Shown here: one piece after another, positions 26,613-35,918 of the stretch
Layout of the letters: every line of letters begins with the position of its first letter
Position numbering within the stretch: the stretch's first letter is position 1
Source: a virus
Lineage: Duplodnaviria; Caudoviricetes
Length of the DNA stretch: 52,603 bases
Strand: one strand, 5' to 3'
IMG/VR virus record: IMGVR_UViG_3300012352_000629
Coordinates: 1-52,603 of that record
Notes under the pieces: model-generated
What the model was told of the DNA's origin: nothing
What the model saw: the letters and a program-made list of their open reading frames with translations, nothing else
Databases searched by the model: none
Translations under genes and position numbers: made by a program

Positions 26613-26809
26613 TGAAGAACTTCCTCGTAGCCCTATTCAAGGACATCATTGACCAGGCTTGGACCCTACTTGGTATGGTCGTTGCATGGCTTGTTCTTGA
26701 AGGCTCAGCTAAAGAGCTAACCGGAAATCTTATTCTCGTAGTACTCGCGATCTGGGTAATCACATTCCCACTTCGTTACGAGAAGCCAGAAGACCCAGAC
26801 AAAGAATAA
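26612..26809 (+). CDS. Small membrane protein
   Basis: Two TM. Confidence 0.75.
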   Translation: MKNFLVALFKDIIDQAWTLLGMVVAWLVLEGSAKELTGNLILVVLAIWVITFPLRYEKPEDPDKE

Positions 26810-26823
26810 GCATCTCCAAACCC

Positions 26824-26855
26824 AAAGCCCCCGCTCAAAACGGGGGTTTTGTTTT
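26824..26855 (+). terminator. Intrinsic terminator
   Basis: CCCCCG/CGGGGG hairpin plus T-tract. Confidence 0.75.
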
Positions 26856-26872
26856 AGGGTAAAATTGGTCAC

Positions 26873-27130
26873 ATGAGAGGACCCTCCCGCCTTTTCTGGT
26901 ACCTGGTATATTTCTTCCAGGCAGAGACGTCAGCCCTACGTAAAGAGGCATTCGAAGCAGCACGCTTATATTACTCAAAACGCCCTCTAAGATCTGCGCG
27001 TAATCAGTTCCCACGAGTCGTCGAGTATCAGCAAAGACGCGAAGACTTTCAGAGATACCAAAGAGCATATGTAAACTCCAGATGCTCTCACATAGCTAAA
27101 GAAAAACTAGCCCTTAAATACGGCGAGTAA
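26873..27130 (+). CDS. Basic hypothetical protein
   Basis: ORF just after GGTAAAAT -10. Confidence 0.6.
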   Translation: MRGPSRLFWYLVYFFQAETSALRKEAFEAARLYYSKRPLRSARNQFPRVVEYQQRREDFQRYQRAYVNSRCSHIAKEKLALKYGE

Positions 27131-27162
27131 AATTTAAGTAACCCTACTAACAAGGAATCACA

Positions 27163-27996
27163 ATGGCAAAAGCACAGTATCCAATCGATGGAAAGCTTGG
27201 CAAAGACTTCAAGGCTACCAGCCTCATGGGCATGCGTATCCACCCAGTCACCAAGGTAAAGAAGCACCACAATGGAACCGACATCTGGTCTCCACACGAG
27301 CCATGCATCATCGAGGCTCCATATGACGGCAAGGTCCTAGAGGCCAGAAAGTCTACAGCTGCAGGTGGTGGCTTTGGTAACTACGTCATTCTTCTTCACA
27401 AGATTGATGGCAAGTTCTACACCACACTTTATGCTCACATGAAGGATGGCTCAATCAAGGTTAAGAAGGGCCAGAAGGTAGAAGCTGGTCAGATGCTCGG
27501 CAAGATGGGCACCACTGGTATGTCTACTGGTAAGCACCTACACTGGGAACTTCGTCTCGGCAAGGTTCACACATGGGATGCAATGGGCAAGAACTACATC
27601 GAACCAATCGGTTTCTTCAAGGCTCTTATTGCCAAAGAGAAAGCTATTGCTTCAGCTGCAGTTGTCGCAACTGATGACGATCCAGTAGAAGATGCACCGG
27701 AGCACAACGAAGCTCAGGCGGCTAAGGTCGATGAAGCACTAAAGGCAAAGAAGGAAGCTTCAGCAGTGGCAAAGCCAGCTGCAGTAGCTAAGATGGCTAA
27801 CCCAGGTTACCCAGGACACTACCTGCAAAAGGGCTCCACCAGTGACCACGTAAAGTTCATTCAACAGCAGCTAAACCTGAAGGTTGACGGAATCTTCGGA
27901 GACAAGACCCACGTAGCAGTCGAATCACTACAAAGAAAACATGGTCTTTTAGTCGACGGAATTGTTGGACCAAAGACCTGGGCTTTCCTAGACTAA
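27163..27996 (+). CDS. Endolysin: M23 peptidase plus peptidoglycan-binding domain
   Basis: HNGTD, YAHM, STGKHLHWE; C-terminal VDGIFG..T / VDGIVGPKTW. Confidence 0.92.
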   Translation: MAKAQYPIDGKLGKDFKATSLMGMRIHPVTKVKKHHNGTDIWSPHEPCIIEAPYDGKVLEARKSTAAGGGFGNYVILLHKIDGKFYTTLYAHMKDGSIKVKKGQKVEAGQMLGKMGTTGMSTGKHLHWELRLGKVHTWDAMGKNYIEPIGFFKALIAKEKAIASAAVVATDDDPVEDAPEHNEAQAAKVDEALKAKKEASAVAKPAAVAKMANPGYPGHYLQKGSTSDHVKFIQQQLNLKVDGIFGDKTHVAVESLQRKHGLLVDGIVGPKTWAFLD

Positions 27997-28010
27997 ATCT
28001 AACAAACAGA

Positions 28011-28045
28011 GAAAACCCCCTGCTAAACACAGGGGGCTTTCTTTT
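28011..28045. terminator. Bidirectional terminator between convergent genes
   Basis: AAAACCCCCTG...CAGGGGGCTTTCTTTT. Confidence 0.8.
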
Positions 28046-28052
28046 GTCTTAA

Positions 28053-29189
28053 TTAGTTAGTTACAGTCACTGCCTGAGTCACAGTACTGCTTGGCTCAAA
28101 TACTCCATTGCCATTTATGTACGCACTGATGTTACATGTACCTACAGACTTCAATAGAATCTTTTCACCGACAACTTCACATACTGCAGAGGTTGTTGAC
28201 CAGATAACTGGAGTTGCTTCGAATCCAAGAGTCACCGACTTACTGGTTGCCTTTAGATTAGCGAACCAGCTGATTCCGATTGGACCCCAGGTCTTAAGCG
28301 AGTAAGAACGAGTCAAAGACAGGGTTGCCTTCTGAGCGAACTTTGTTGCCAAGTTGATGTTTACGGTTGTAGCAGAAGGGTTAACCACAGGATACTTCGA
28401 AGGGTCTGCAACTACAGAGCCACAGGTACCAATTTCAGTCTCACCAGAGTTTGCGTCATAGATGCTTTCGAAGCAAGTAGTAGATGCTGAACCACCAGAG
28501 ATAACTCTAGGTAGTGTCACGTTGGTTGCTCCAGTGTTTGCATAAGACCAGTAGTCAGCTGAACTACATCCATATGCATTACACGAAGCCACGTCAATGA
28601 TGTACATGAAGCCTCGCTCAACAGAAAGACTCGTGGCTACATCTGACACAACTGACTCGACCTTGGTTGCGTTGATAGGCGAACCCTTAGTGTCTGACTT
28701 CCAGTAAGTTACTTTATATCCATATAGAGGAGCACCGCCAGTATTAGAGTTAGGCACCCAAGCAACATCCACCTTAGTCGGTGAGACTACCTTAGATACA
28801 ACAGCCAGCGGGGCAAGAGCAATTGAAGCAGCTGACACTGCGTTAGAGGCGTTAGACAGAGAAGTAAGGGCTGAACCCTTCTTTGTTGAAACAGTAAATG
28901 TGTACCGGTTGGTATAGCCCAAAGCGCTAGTAGAGAAGGTGCAAGACTTAGCAGTAGCACCAGAGACAGCACAGGTCTGCCCACCAGGGGTAGCAGTTAC
29001 TACATAGCCAGTGATGCCAGATCGATCAACTGGAGCCTTCCAGCCGACCATATAGCCAAGATCCACTCGGTAATAGGCACTTACATCCGTAACGCCCTGA
29101 GAGCCTGTAGCGGCGTTAGCAGGAGCTCCCGATAGGGATACACCAATAGAGAGAGTAGCTACAGCGATTGCTGCAATCATTTTGTTCAT
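28053..29189 (-). CDS. Secreted fibronectin type III domain protein
   Basis: Signal peptide; W.AP....ITGY.VT..PGG.TC; second FN3. Confidence 0.85.
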   Translation of the reverse strand: MNKMIAAIAVATLSIGVSLSGAPANAATGSQGVTDVSAYYRVDLGYMVGWKAPVDRSGITGYVVTATPGGQTCAVSGATAKSCTFSTSALGYTNRYTFTVSTKKGSALTSLSNASNAVSAASIALAPLAVVSKVVSPTKVDVAWVPNSNTGGAPLYGYKVTYWKSDTKGSPINATKVESVVSDVATSLSVERGFMYIIDVASCNAYGCSSADYWSYANTGATNVTLPRVISGGSASTTCFESIYDANSGETEIGTCGSVVADPSKYPVVNPSATTVNINLATKFAQKATLSLTRSYSLKTWGPIGISWFANLKATSKSVTLGFEATPVIWSTTSAVCEVVGEKILLKSVGTCNISAYINGNGVFEPSSTVTQAVTVTN

Positions 29190-29255
29190 TTCAGATCCTT
29201 TCATCTGTTATGAGAAAGAATCTATACCACAAAATTTAATTTGTCAAGTTAATTA

Positions 29256-29564
29256 CTAAAAGTCTTTTCTTCGGTCTGGACCATCGAAATCATCGCCCTC
29301 GTCCTGATCTAGAGCATCGTTAAGCATGTTTGCAACACTCTCTACAATGTCGTCAAACGAGTCATTTACTCGCATAATCTGACGGTCTCGCATGAAGACT
29401 TCCATCATTTCAGCCTTGTAGACAAGCTTGATCAGCTTCTTCTGGTCTCGCTCATTCAGGTTCTTAAATAGTGGATTATTTAGGACCATAAGCTTAATGT
29501 CATATAGATGGCGCTGCTGTTGAAGCTTGCGCATCTGTCGCTCAGTGGCTCGAATGCTGCTCAT
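29256..29564 (-). CDS. Hypothetical protein
   Basis: ORF. Confidence 0.7.
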   Translation of the reverse strand: MSSIRATERQMRKLQQQRHLYDIKLMVLNNPLFKNLNERDQKKLIKLVYKAEMMEVFMRDRQIMRVNDSFDDIVESVANMLNDALDQDEGDDFDGPDRRKDF

Positions 29565-29787
29565 GTTCCTCTATCTTTTCGGTTATGTTGTAACAGTTTA
29601 TATCAACACGTATCAAATAGTTTAAACCATAAGGCTCTAAATAAACAATACGAGGAGATTTAGATGCCTCGATGTATCTGACAATTCCGTTTATGCACAA
29701 CGGATCTGACCAGAATTTAGGTGCAGCAAAATGCACATAGGTGTCTAATAACTTGGGGACGTCACTAGCAGAGAAGGGGGTCCCCAT
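29542..29787 (-). CDS. Hypothetical protein
   Basis: ORF. Confidence 0.6.
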   Translation of the reverse strand: MGTPFSASDVPKLLDTYVHFAAPKFWSDPLCINGIVRYIEASKSPRIVYLEPYGLNYLIRVDINCYNITEKIEEHEQHSSH

Positions 29788-29795
29788 GGAAACCC

Positions 29796-29984
29796 CTACA
29801 GGTATTTTCTGGAGAGCTTAGTCGAGAGGTCTTGGACCCACTCTTTAGTCGGTGCTTCTAGATCAGCAGAGCTAGCAGCTGATTCAAGTTCGTGGAGAAC
29901 TTCAGCAATACCGGCCTTGAATCCTTCATCCCATTTACCCTGCTCTTCGGCTTCGCGAGCAAACATTGGCGGGTGGTTAGTCAT
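29796..29984 (-). CDS. Hypothetical protein
   Basis: ORF, AGGAG RBS. Confidence 0.7.
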   Translation of the reverse strand: MTNHPPMFAREAEEQGKWDEGFKAGIAEVLHELESAASSADLEAPTKEWVQDLSTKLSRKYL

Positions 29985-30114
29985 AACATATCTCCTAATA
30001 GACTTAGAATAATTTTATCAATGACTATTTAGGTTGAGTTTTTGCACCACCTCAGGTAGGAGGAGATTTTGTGTAGCCTACTATATGCTTAGTGTGCTAT
30101 AGTCTACAATTTAT

Positions 30115-30402
30115 CTATTCAGTTGGCCATTTTTCGTCAAGCACCATCATTGCAATAATGCTATAGTTCGCAAGATCTAGGAACGAATCCCGCAAACTTT
30201 CGTTTTCCGGGGTAGCACCAGAGTCAATCAGGTGGTTAATACGAGAAAGCTTGTCGTGCATACGAACACGAAGACCATTCAAAGGCCCACCAGGCGCTCG
30301 TGCAATGTTTAGAGGGCCGTAATCGCTTTGCTTCTTAACAAGGACCTGGTAAGTCTCGCTATAGAAAGGTTTAGATACTTCTTTAAATTCTTCAATGTCC
30401 AT
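30115..30402 (-). CDS. DUF1599 / nucleotide-modification-associated domain 1 protein
   Basis: KKxxDYG...RMxDKxxR...ESLxDxxxDLANY. Confidence 0.85.
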   Translation of the reverse strand: MDIEEFKEVSKPFYSETYQVLVKKQSDYGPLNIARAPGGPLNGLRVRMHDKLSRINHLIDSGATPENESLRDSFLDLANYSIIAMMVLDEKWPTE

Positions 30403-30689
30403 TAGTTTTTCCTCCTAAGGATGTACGTTACTAGATCTTTTGCAGTTTTCTTGTCCTCATTAGGCAAGGCTCCGTACCTATGGAGAATGCGTAATAATAT
30501 AGAAGCATACAGGATTTCATCCATAAATGCGATTCCAGGGATCCAGTCAAATGGGTCCGGCAAAAGTATTAAAGCAATTAAAACCCAGGTAGCAGTCTTA
30601 ACCAAAAATGGCGACCGACCGTACTGAGCAATAAGCGGCTCAGCTATCTGCTTCGCCCTCTTCCGTAGTGTCAAAATCAATCCAATCAA
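30402..30689 (-). CDS. DUF1232/YkvA-like membrane protein
   Basis: LLPDPFDWIPGIAFMDE. Confidence 0.65.
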   Translation of the reverse strand: MIGLILTLRKRAKQIAEPLIAQYGRSPFLVKTATWVLIALILLPDPFDWIPGIAFMDEILYASILLRILHRYGALPNEDKKTAKDLVTYILRRKN

Positions 30690-31140
30690 CTTCTAGCTGA
30701 AGCATGGCGCATTCATAGCAAACATGCCAAAGAATGTCATTCTCTTCACCTTTTAATGCGGTCAAATAAAAGCCATTAACCATGGCAACTTCAGTTTCAA
30801 AATCTCTGTGCTCTCCACAAGTGGCGCACTTAAACATTTTTGTGTGAGTAAAGTCTTGCTTATCTTCATCTAACTGCACCCGGAAAGTTATGCCGTTGTC
30901 GTTAGATTGGAACTCCATGAGCGCAGCAATTCCGTAGCCATCAGCATAAGCTTCGTTGTATAGCTCTTCTTCTTCAGCTGTAGCTTTTCTATACTTAACA
31001 TTTGCCGCAGAAGATCTGTACTCGGAAACTTCGATCGGCTCCAGCCAAACCCAATCTACATAAGTAAATTCGTCTAGTGGTTCGTAATATTCAAATCTAT
31101 ATAAGTTTGCAGACTCTTTATTTGTTGACACCAAAATCAC
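30640..31140 (-). CDS. Acidic Zn-binding hypothetical protein
   Basis: CATC...CYEC. Confidence 0.7.
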   Translation of the reverse strand: MILVSTNKESANLYRFEYYEPLDEFTYVDWVWLEPIEVSEYRSSAANVKYRKATAEEEELYNEAYADGYGIAALMEFQSNDNGITFRVQLDEDKQDFTHTKMFKCATCGEHRDFETEVAMVNGFYLTALKGEENDILWHVCYECAMLQLEVDWIDFDTTEEGEADS

Positions 31141-31369
31141 CCTCGCGGATCATCTTTATACAATACCGGAGGCCTTCTACCCATTCTAAGTTAGGGTCAC
31201 CATCGACTTCATCAAGATAAGACTTGATGTCATCTTGAAAGAAAGAAACGGCGGCTTCTCTAAAACGAAGCTCGCCTTCCTTCATTACTACTTTTACAGC
31301 TAATTCCTGAGCATCTGTCATGTCAATTAGCTCTACTTGCCGATCATAGTTGTCGGCATAGTTGCTCAC
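31118..31369 (-). CDS. Hypothetical protein
   Basis: Coupled ORF. Confidence 0.7.
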   Translation of the reverse strand: MSNYADNYDRQVELIDMTDAQELAVKVVMKEGELRFREAAVSFFQDDIKSYLDEVDGDPNLEWVEGLRYCIKMIREGDFGVNK

Positions 31370-31563
31370 GCAGATCTCTTCTCTATGATGAAGTTATACA
31401 TATACTCGATTCTCATCATAGTTGTCGAGGTTTCAACATCACCAGAACCAAAGGTGTCGTGGTACTTCTTTAGAATCTTTACGAGACGCTCGCGTTCGTC
31501 AGCAATTCCCTGCTTGTATGCAGCCACCTCTTCAGGGGTTCCAACAAATTCTTTCTTAGCCAT
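31366..31563 (-). CDS. Hypothetical protein
   Basis: ORF, AAGGAG RBS. Confidence 0.7.
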   Translation of the reverse strand: MAKKEFVGTPEEVAAYKQGIADERERLVKILKKYHDTFGSGDVETSTTMMRIEYMYNFIIEKRSA

Positions 31564-31863
31564 TTACTCTCCTTTTATACAGCAACCATCGCAGCCATGC
31601 ACTACATCTAATGTAATCTCATCCGGGTCTGGATGACCTATACCGTGGGGGCACATTCTTTCCATCATGTGACGATCCTGCCTCCACCTCTGTGGAAATC
31701 CTATCATGTGGTGATTAGATGGATTATGTAAGGTGCAGAAGTCATTTCTACATTGGTTACTTGAATGGACGCTCACAATCACGTGGTTGTAGTCGTCCAC
31801 CCAAGAATTATTACCAAGGTATGCAGCAGGCATTATGCGCTGTGTAGCTCTCCAGTAGTCCAA
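31564..31863 (-). CDS. His/Cys-rich phage protein (HNPSxH...ERxCPHGIGHPDPD...HGCDGCC)
   Basis: Motif recognition. Confidence 0.8.
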   Translation of the reverse strand: MDYWRATQRIMPAAYLGNNSWVDDYNHVIVSVHSSNQCRNDFCTLHNPSNHHMIGFPQRWRQDRHMMERMCPHGIGHPDPDEITLDVVHGCDGCCIKGE

Positions 31864-32111
31864 ACAATTTCTTCGTACCCATCGCGATCGATGATTCTGA
31901 AGTTAGCACCGTCTGGAATCTCCACAATTGCCAAGCTAGAACCGCCATCGCCACGATTATCTCCGGCTTCAAACGACTCGATCAACTCTGGACGAGCTCG
32001 ATCTACATCCGAGACCTTCATGTACTGGACTGTATTCAACTCTGGGAATAGCGCCTTCTGTCGCTCAGACAAAGTAAATCCGTGCGAGCAGTGATTAACT
32101 AGTACTTTCAT
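31833..32111 (-). CDS. Phage hypothetical protein (VEIPDG...I...DG.E)
   Basis: ORF, motif recognition. Confidence 0.75.
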   Translation of the reverse strand: MKVLVNHCSHGFTLSERQKALFPELNTVQYMKVSDVDRARPELIESFEAGDNRGDGGSSLAIVEIPDGANFRIIDRDGYEEIVWTTGELHSA

Positions 32112-32259
32112 TTCTCTCCTTATACTCTTCCAGGAGAAACTTATCTCCTAGATTTAATTTTAGTTCATTCAATAGTTTAGCCAATGAACTAGCGTCATTG
32201 GATATCCAAATAGCCTGACCGCTACTTTTATCGCAAATAGCCCAGGTATTATTCGCCAT
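32095..32259 (-). CDS. Hypothetical protein
   Basis: Start moved to MANNTW. Confidence 0.6.
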   Translation of the reverse strand: MANNTWAICDKSSGQAIWISNDASSLAKLLNELKLNLGDKFLLEEYKERNESTS

Positions 32260-32719
32260 TCGACTTGTCTCTAAATCTTTTTGGTGGCCATACCTGAACT
32301 GGCTCACCATCAATAATTTCCATGACAGTAGTTCTATCTTTGACTAGGTCCCACATCTCAGCTGCAAAGTTGTCCATCTCCAACAAGTCTTCTTCGGTAG
32401 GACTGTACTTCATAGCCTGAGCGTGCCACTCCTTCATAACCTTCAGAGCCTCGTCCACCGTCTGGAAGTAGTGGTTCCGTTCCCCGAAGTTTGGATAAGA
32501 AGGGGTACTCGACGCAACTACATAAGAATATATGCTTACGCTCACACTTGGTTCTACTGGCGTTTCTTGTCTGTTCCATACGTTCCCAAAATTCACTTCG
32601 ATATTAATAGAGCCATCGCTACTTTTGGCGTGACCATCAAACTTGTGCAAGTGCCAGAAAGCTTCGTCATGTAGACGAGATATCTCGGCAATCTTGTGTA
32701 GGTCCTCTTTACTTATCAT
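32249..32719 (-). CDS. Hypothetical protein
   Basis: ORF. Confidence 0.75.
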   Translation of the reverse strand: MISKEDLHKIAEISRLHDEAFWHLHKFDGHAKSSDGSINIEVNFGNVWNRQETPVEPSVSVSIYSYVVASSTPSYPNFGERNHYFQTVDEALKVMKEWHAQAMKYSPTEEDLLEMDNFAAEMWDLVKDRTTVMEIIDGEPVQVWPPKRFRDKSNGE

Positions 32720-32918
32720 CAGACTTCCTATATTGATTTAGGTCTACCCATTGGCGAATGCCATCACCAACTCTAAAGATATCAGTGTCAGTTTCGTAGC
32801 CAATCTCATCTGCATCTAACACTGGATTAACTTCTTCCCATCTAGCAGCAGTGTCTCGGCGGACTACAACATCAATCTCATGCAACTTAATCCTAGGATT
32901 CATCAGAAAGACCCGCAC
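32709..32918 (-). CDS. Stand-alone Mtd_N-like (tail-fibre N-terminal) domain protein
   Basis: RRDTAA.W...NPVL...EIGYETDT...+VGDG...W..L. Confidence 0.75.
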   Translation of the reverse strand: MRVFLMNPRIKLHEIDVVVRRDTAARWEEVNPVLDADEIGYETDTDIFRVGDGIRQWVDLNQYRKSDDK

Positions 32919-33196
32919 TCAGGGCAGCCGACATTGTCTTCATATCCACGAAGGTTCCGAATAAAACGAAGAGCCATCTCCATGCCGCGAGCCTGCTGAG
33001 CAAAGACGTCACGACCGTCGACAAAGTCAGACTTGTCAGAGAACTCTCGCAACTGCCCTGCGCGACGCTCAAGTTCGGCAATAATCATGCCACGCTCCCC
33101 ATGAGCCCCGAGAATCTGATGTTCCAGAGTTAGTTCGTCATACTCGTCAAGAGTAAGCTGATGGGTGATCTTTTTATCTTGTTCTTTCTTTTTCAT
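32903..33196 (-). CDS. Hypothetical protein
   Basis: ORF. Confidence 0.7.
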   Translation of the reverse strand: MKKKEQDKKITHQLTLDEYDELTLEHQILGAHGERGMIIAELERRAGQLREFSDKSDFVDGRDVFAQQARGMEMALRFIRNLRGYEDNVGCPECGSF

Positions 33197-33678
33197 TTAC
33201 TTCTTTCCTTTGTTATCGCATCAAATGCTACGGGCGTGTAGTTAGTCTGCTCAACACTTACATTTATGTACCATGGGTCATCCATAATCTTTTCATGTAG
33301 GTGTCCGTGGATGTTACCATCAGGGTATCGCTCCCATTGCTCTCTATTCACAGGGATATGAGTAAGAATAAAGCTACCTAACTCATGCGATCCACGAATG
33401 TCATAGAAGTGTGGAGTGTAGAACTTCAACTTCTGGGTGTCGTGGTTGCCTTTAATCAGAACTTTACGCCCATTCAACCTAGACATAATGTCTAGACTCT
33501 TAGAGTTCATAGTTACATCACCAAGGTGATACACCTTATCTCCCTGCTTAACAACAGAGTTCCAGTTCTCCACTAGCGCCTCGTTCATCTCTTCTACAGA
33601 GTCAAAAGGACGGTTGGCATACTTAATAATGTTTGCATGCCCAAAGTGAGTATCACTTATCAGAAAAACATTACTCAT
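33193..33678 (-). CDS. Calcineurin-like metallophosphoesterase
   Basis: SDTHFGH, HLGD, GNHD, HGHLH. Confidence 0.92.
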   Translation of the reverse strand: MSNVFLISDTHFGHANIIKYANRPFDSVEEMNEALVENWNSVVKQGDKVYHLGDVTMNSKSLDIMSRLNGRKVLIKGNHDTQKLKFYTPHFYDIRGSHELGSFILTHIPVNREQWERYPDGNIHGHLHEKIMDDPWYINVSVEQTNYTPVAFDAITKERSK

Positions 33679-33973
33679 CTATGCCCATAATTTTTCTAAC
33701 CCGCGCCCTCGCTTCGGGCGAAGTCACATAAGGTTCAATAGTCACGTCTAAGTTTTCGTATTCTTTTTCAATACGACGACGAGCACCGCCGATATCATGA
33801 CCAGCTTGCTCATGCGCATCTAAGTGCTTCAAGGCTTCACGAGGAGTTGGTAGCGCCAATAGCCATTCGTCGCTATCAATCTCGTCAGCTAGCTGACAAC
33901 CACAGCATTGAATAAATCCATTAGCGTGCTCAAAGATGTAAACATCCGAGCTGCTGAATCTCTCGAAGCTCAT
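33671..33973 (-). CDS. Hypothetical protein
   Basis: Coupled ORF. Confidence 0.7.
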   Translation of the reverse strand: MSFERFSSSDVYIFEHANGFIQCCGCQLADEIDSDEWLLALPTPREALKHLDAHEQAGHDIGGARRRIEKEYENLDVTIEPYVTSPEARARVRKIMGIDE

Positions 33974-34122
33974 TAGTTTATCTTTTTTAGTATTTCTAGA
34001 ACCATAGCCTCTGCTATGTCCTCAGCAAAACCCTGGGAGATAAACTGCTTTTTCATCCCACCAAGTAGCTCGCCATAGGCAGTGACAGCGTCCATCATCT
34101 TTGCAATTTCTTCTGGCTTCAT
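33973..34122 (-). CDS. 49-aa hypothetical protein, not in the ORF track
   Basis: Hand translation MKPEEIAKMMDAV...; GGAGG RBS. Confidence 0.65.
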   Translation of the reverse strand: MKPEEIAKMMDAVTAYGELLGGMKKQFISQGFAEDIAEAMVLEILKKIN

Positions 34123-34287
34123 TTAGTCCTCCAAGAGGTTGTTAGCCATACGGTAAAACTTAATGTCAGTTTCCGCTTGCTTAGCCATGTCAGCGCCCAT
34201 CTTCATGAGAAGCTTAGCTACTTCGAGCTTTGCGTATATGTCCGCAATTTGATCGTTAGAGTATTTAAACTCGTTATTCTCGCTCAT
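34123..34287 (-). CDS. 54-aa hypothetical protein, not in the ORF track
   Basis: Hand translation MSENNEFKYSNDQ... Confidence 0.6.
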   Translation of the reverse strand: MSENNEFKYSNDQIADIYAKLEVAKLLMKMGADMAKQAETDIKFYRMANNLLED

Positions 34288-34609
34288 CTTGGTCTATCAT
34301 CTTTCTGATTAAGTGGATCGTCATAATGGCGTCCTCTTCAGAATCTAGCAGACTATCTTCTAATTTGTCAAGCGTGTCGCGAAATTTCTTTTCCGCCAGC
34401 TTTTCACCGAGCTCGAACCAAGATTCACCAGAAGCGTCCATAAGAGCGTCGATAGCTTTGTACGCCTCTTGCTTCTTCAGTATTGCCTTAGCAATGCTGA
34501 CTTCAAGCACTTCCATGTCGCCTTCCTCAAAGGTAGAGAAGATGGCGGATGCCTCTTGTTCTTCCTTTGCAGGGTCAAAGTCAAGGTATTCGAAGTCGTT
34601 TAGGCTCAT
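34274..34609 (-). CDS. Acidic hypothetical protein
   Basis: Coupled ORF. Confidence 0.7.
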   Translation of the reverse strand: MSLNDFEYLDFDPAKEEQEASAIFSTFEEGDMEVLEVSIAKAILKKQEAYKAIDALMDASGESWFELGEKLAEKKFRDTLDKLEDSLLDSEEDAIMTIHLIRKMIDQDERE

Positions 34610-35310
34610 GGAGCTACTCTACCATTTTTGTTAAAGGTTTCGTAGGTGATAGGCATCTTCTCTGCGAAGAACTCTTCCATCTTCTCAGCCACCATCTCGA
34701 TCTCCCGCTGAGGGAAAGAAGGAAAGTGTGTACCTTCACGCATGGTGCGTAGGCTTAGGAAGTTCATGAGACTGCGAGCATTCATAGTCACATACATCGC
34801 TGAGTAGGTATTGACTGGTAGCACTGCGCGAGCGACTTCACGGGCAACACCCTTATCTAGCATTCTGGTGTAGGCAGTGTATGCCTCCTTGCAAGCACGT
34901 TTAATCTCGGCAGGGACCATAACTCTCTGATCGTAGCTACCATCTTCAAACGTGTAAGCCCCGGGCTTACCAACCTGAACTAACTTGCGGTTCTCGTCTG
35001 GTACATAGAAAACTGGAGACAGCTCCTTGTAGCGTCCACTCTCTTCATTGTATGAGGCAATGCGGTGACGCATAAACTCACGGAACACAAAGATAGGTGC
35101 TTCAATATAGAAGGTAAAAGCATTGTGCTCAAAAGGTGATCCGTGACGATCGCGCATCAAATAGTTGATTAGTCCTTCTTCTTTGGTTCCCATATCAACA
35201 TTGCGACTATCACTGCTAGTAGACACACGAGCACTGCGAACAACTGCATCATCTCCTCCCATAGACTGGATTAGTTCTACGGTCACATCTGACCTATAAG
35301 TGATTACCAT
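34606..35310 (-). CDS. thyX: FAD-dependent thymidylate synthase
   Basis: HGSPFEH, RHRxxSYNEESGRY signature, EVARAVLP, N.RSL.NFL.LR. Confidence 0.96.
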   Translation of the reverse strand: MVITYRSDVTVELIQSMGGDDAVVRSARVSTSSDSRNVDMGTKEEGLINYLMRDRHGSPFEHNAFTFYIEAPIFVFREFMRHRIASYNEESGRYKELSPVFYVPDENRKLVQVGKPGAYTFEDGSYDQRVMVPAEIKRACKEAYTAYTRMLDKGVAREVARAVLPVNTYSAMYVTMNARSLMNFLSLRTMREGTHFPSFPQREIEMVAEKMEEFFAEKMPITYETFNKNGRVAP

Positions 35311-35918
35311 CCGACTCCTAGCGCTTTGTTAGCGCGTCTTCTGTCAATTTCTTTCATTATGTCTCTTACTATAATGCCTGCTGTTGCCTCAGCATCACCA
35401 TTTCTGTAAATATATAAGTTACGGTCATCTGCGTATTCAGAGAAGTTCTCCTGGGTCAGATCCACTGCCGTATATTCGCTAGCATCCCCCGACGGAATAG
35501 CGTTGAAATAGTACTTAGCTGATTTGTTTTCTGCTAAACCCACTAACTCTTTCCAGTGATTAGAGACTAGTCCCTTGCTGCAGGCATGGAACCAGTAGCC
35601 TCTGTTTAGCAGATTGAATACTAGCTCCTTAGAGCTATCAGAATAAGGAGTGCAGTCAACTACAGTGTCGTGGCCATCAGAGTTTAGGAGCCACTCCAGG
35701 TCATCACCAATAGTGGTTTCCAGTTCAGTTTCAAATGTCTCATCGTTAATTTTCCACTGATGGTTAGAGTTCTTTTTGGCCTCTGGATACTTAGACATGT
35801 CAGGCACATAGATAGTGTGAATTCGCCAGTCAACATTAAAGCCAGGCACTGACTTAAGTTGTCGATAAACTTCTTTACCAACTGCGCCGAAGCCCAGGAT
35901 GCATAAGCTAACTAGCAT
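35304..35918 (-). CDS. NAD(P)-binding Rossmann protein, homoserine dehydrogenase N-domain-like
   Basis: ILGFGAVG, D.VVDCT; too short for a full enzyme. Confidence 0.6.
   Translation of the reverse strand: MLVSLCILGFGAVGKEVYRQLKSVPGFNVDWRIHTIYVPDMSKYPEAKKNSNHQWKINDETFETELETTIGDDLEWLLNSDGHDTVVDCTPYSDSSKELVFNLLNRGYWFHACSKGLVSNHWKELVGLAENKSAKYYFNAIPSGDASEYTAVDLTQENFSEYADDRNLYIYRNGDAEATAGIIVRDIMKEIDRRRANKALGVGW

Noticed and set aside
32709-32918. Diversity-generating retroelement suggested by the Mtd_N-like domain
   Set aside because: No reverse transcriptase or TR/VR pair was seen.
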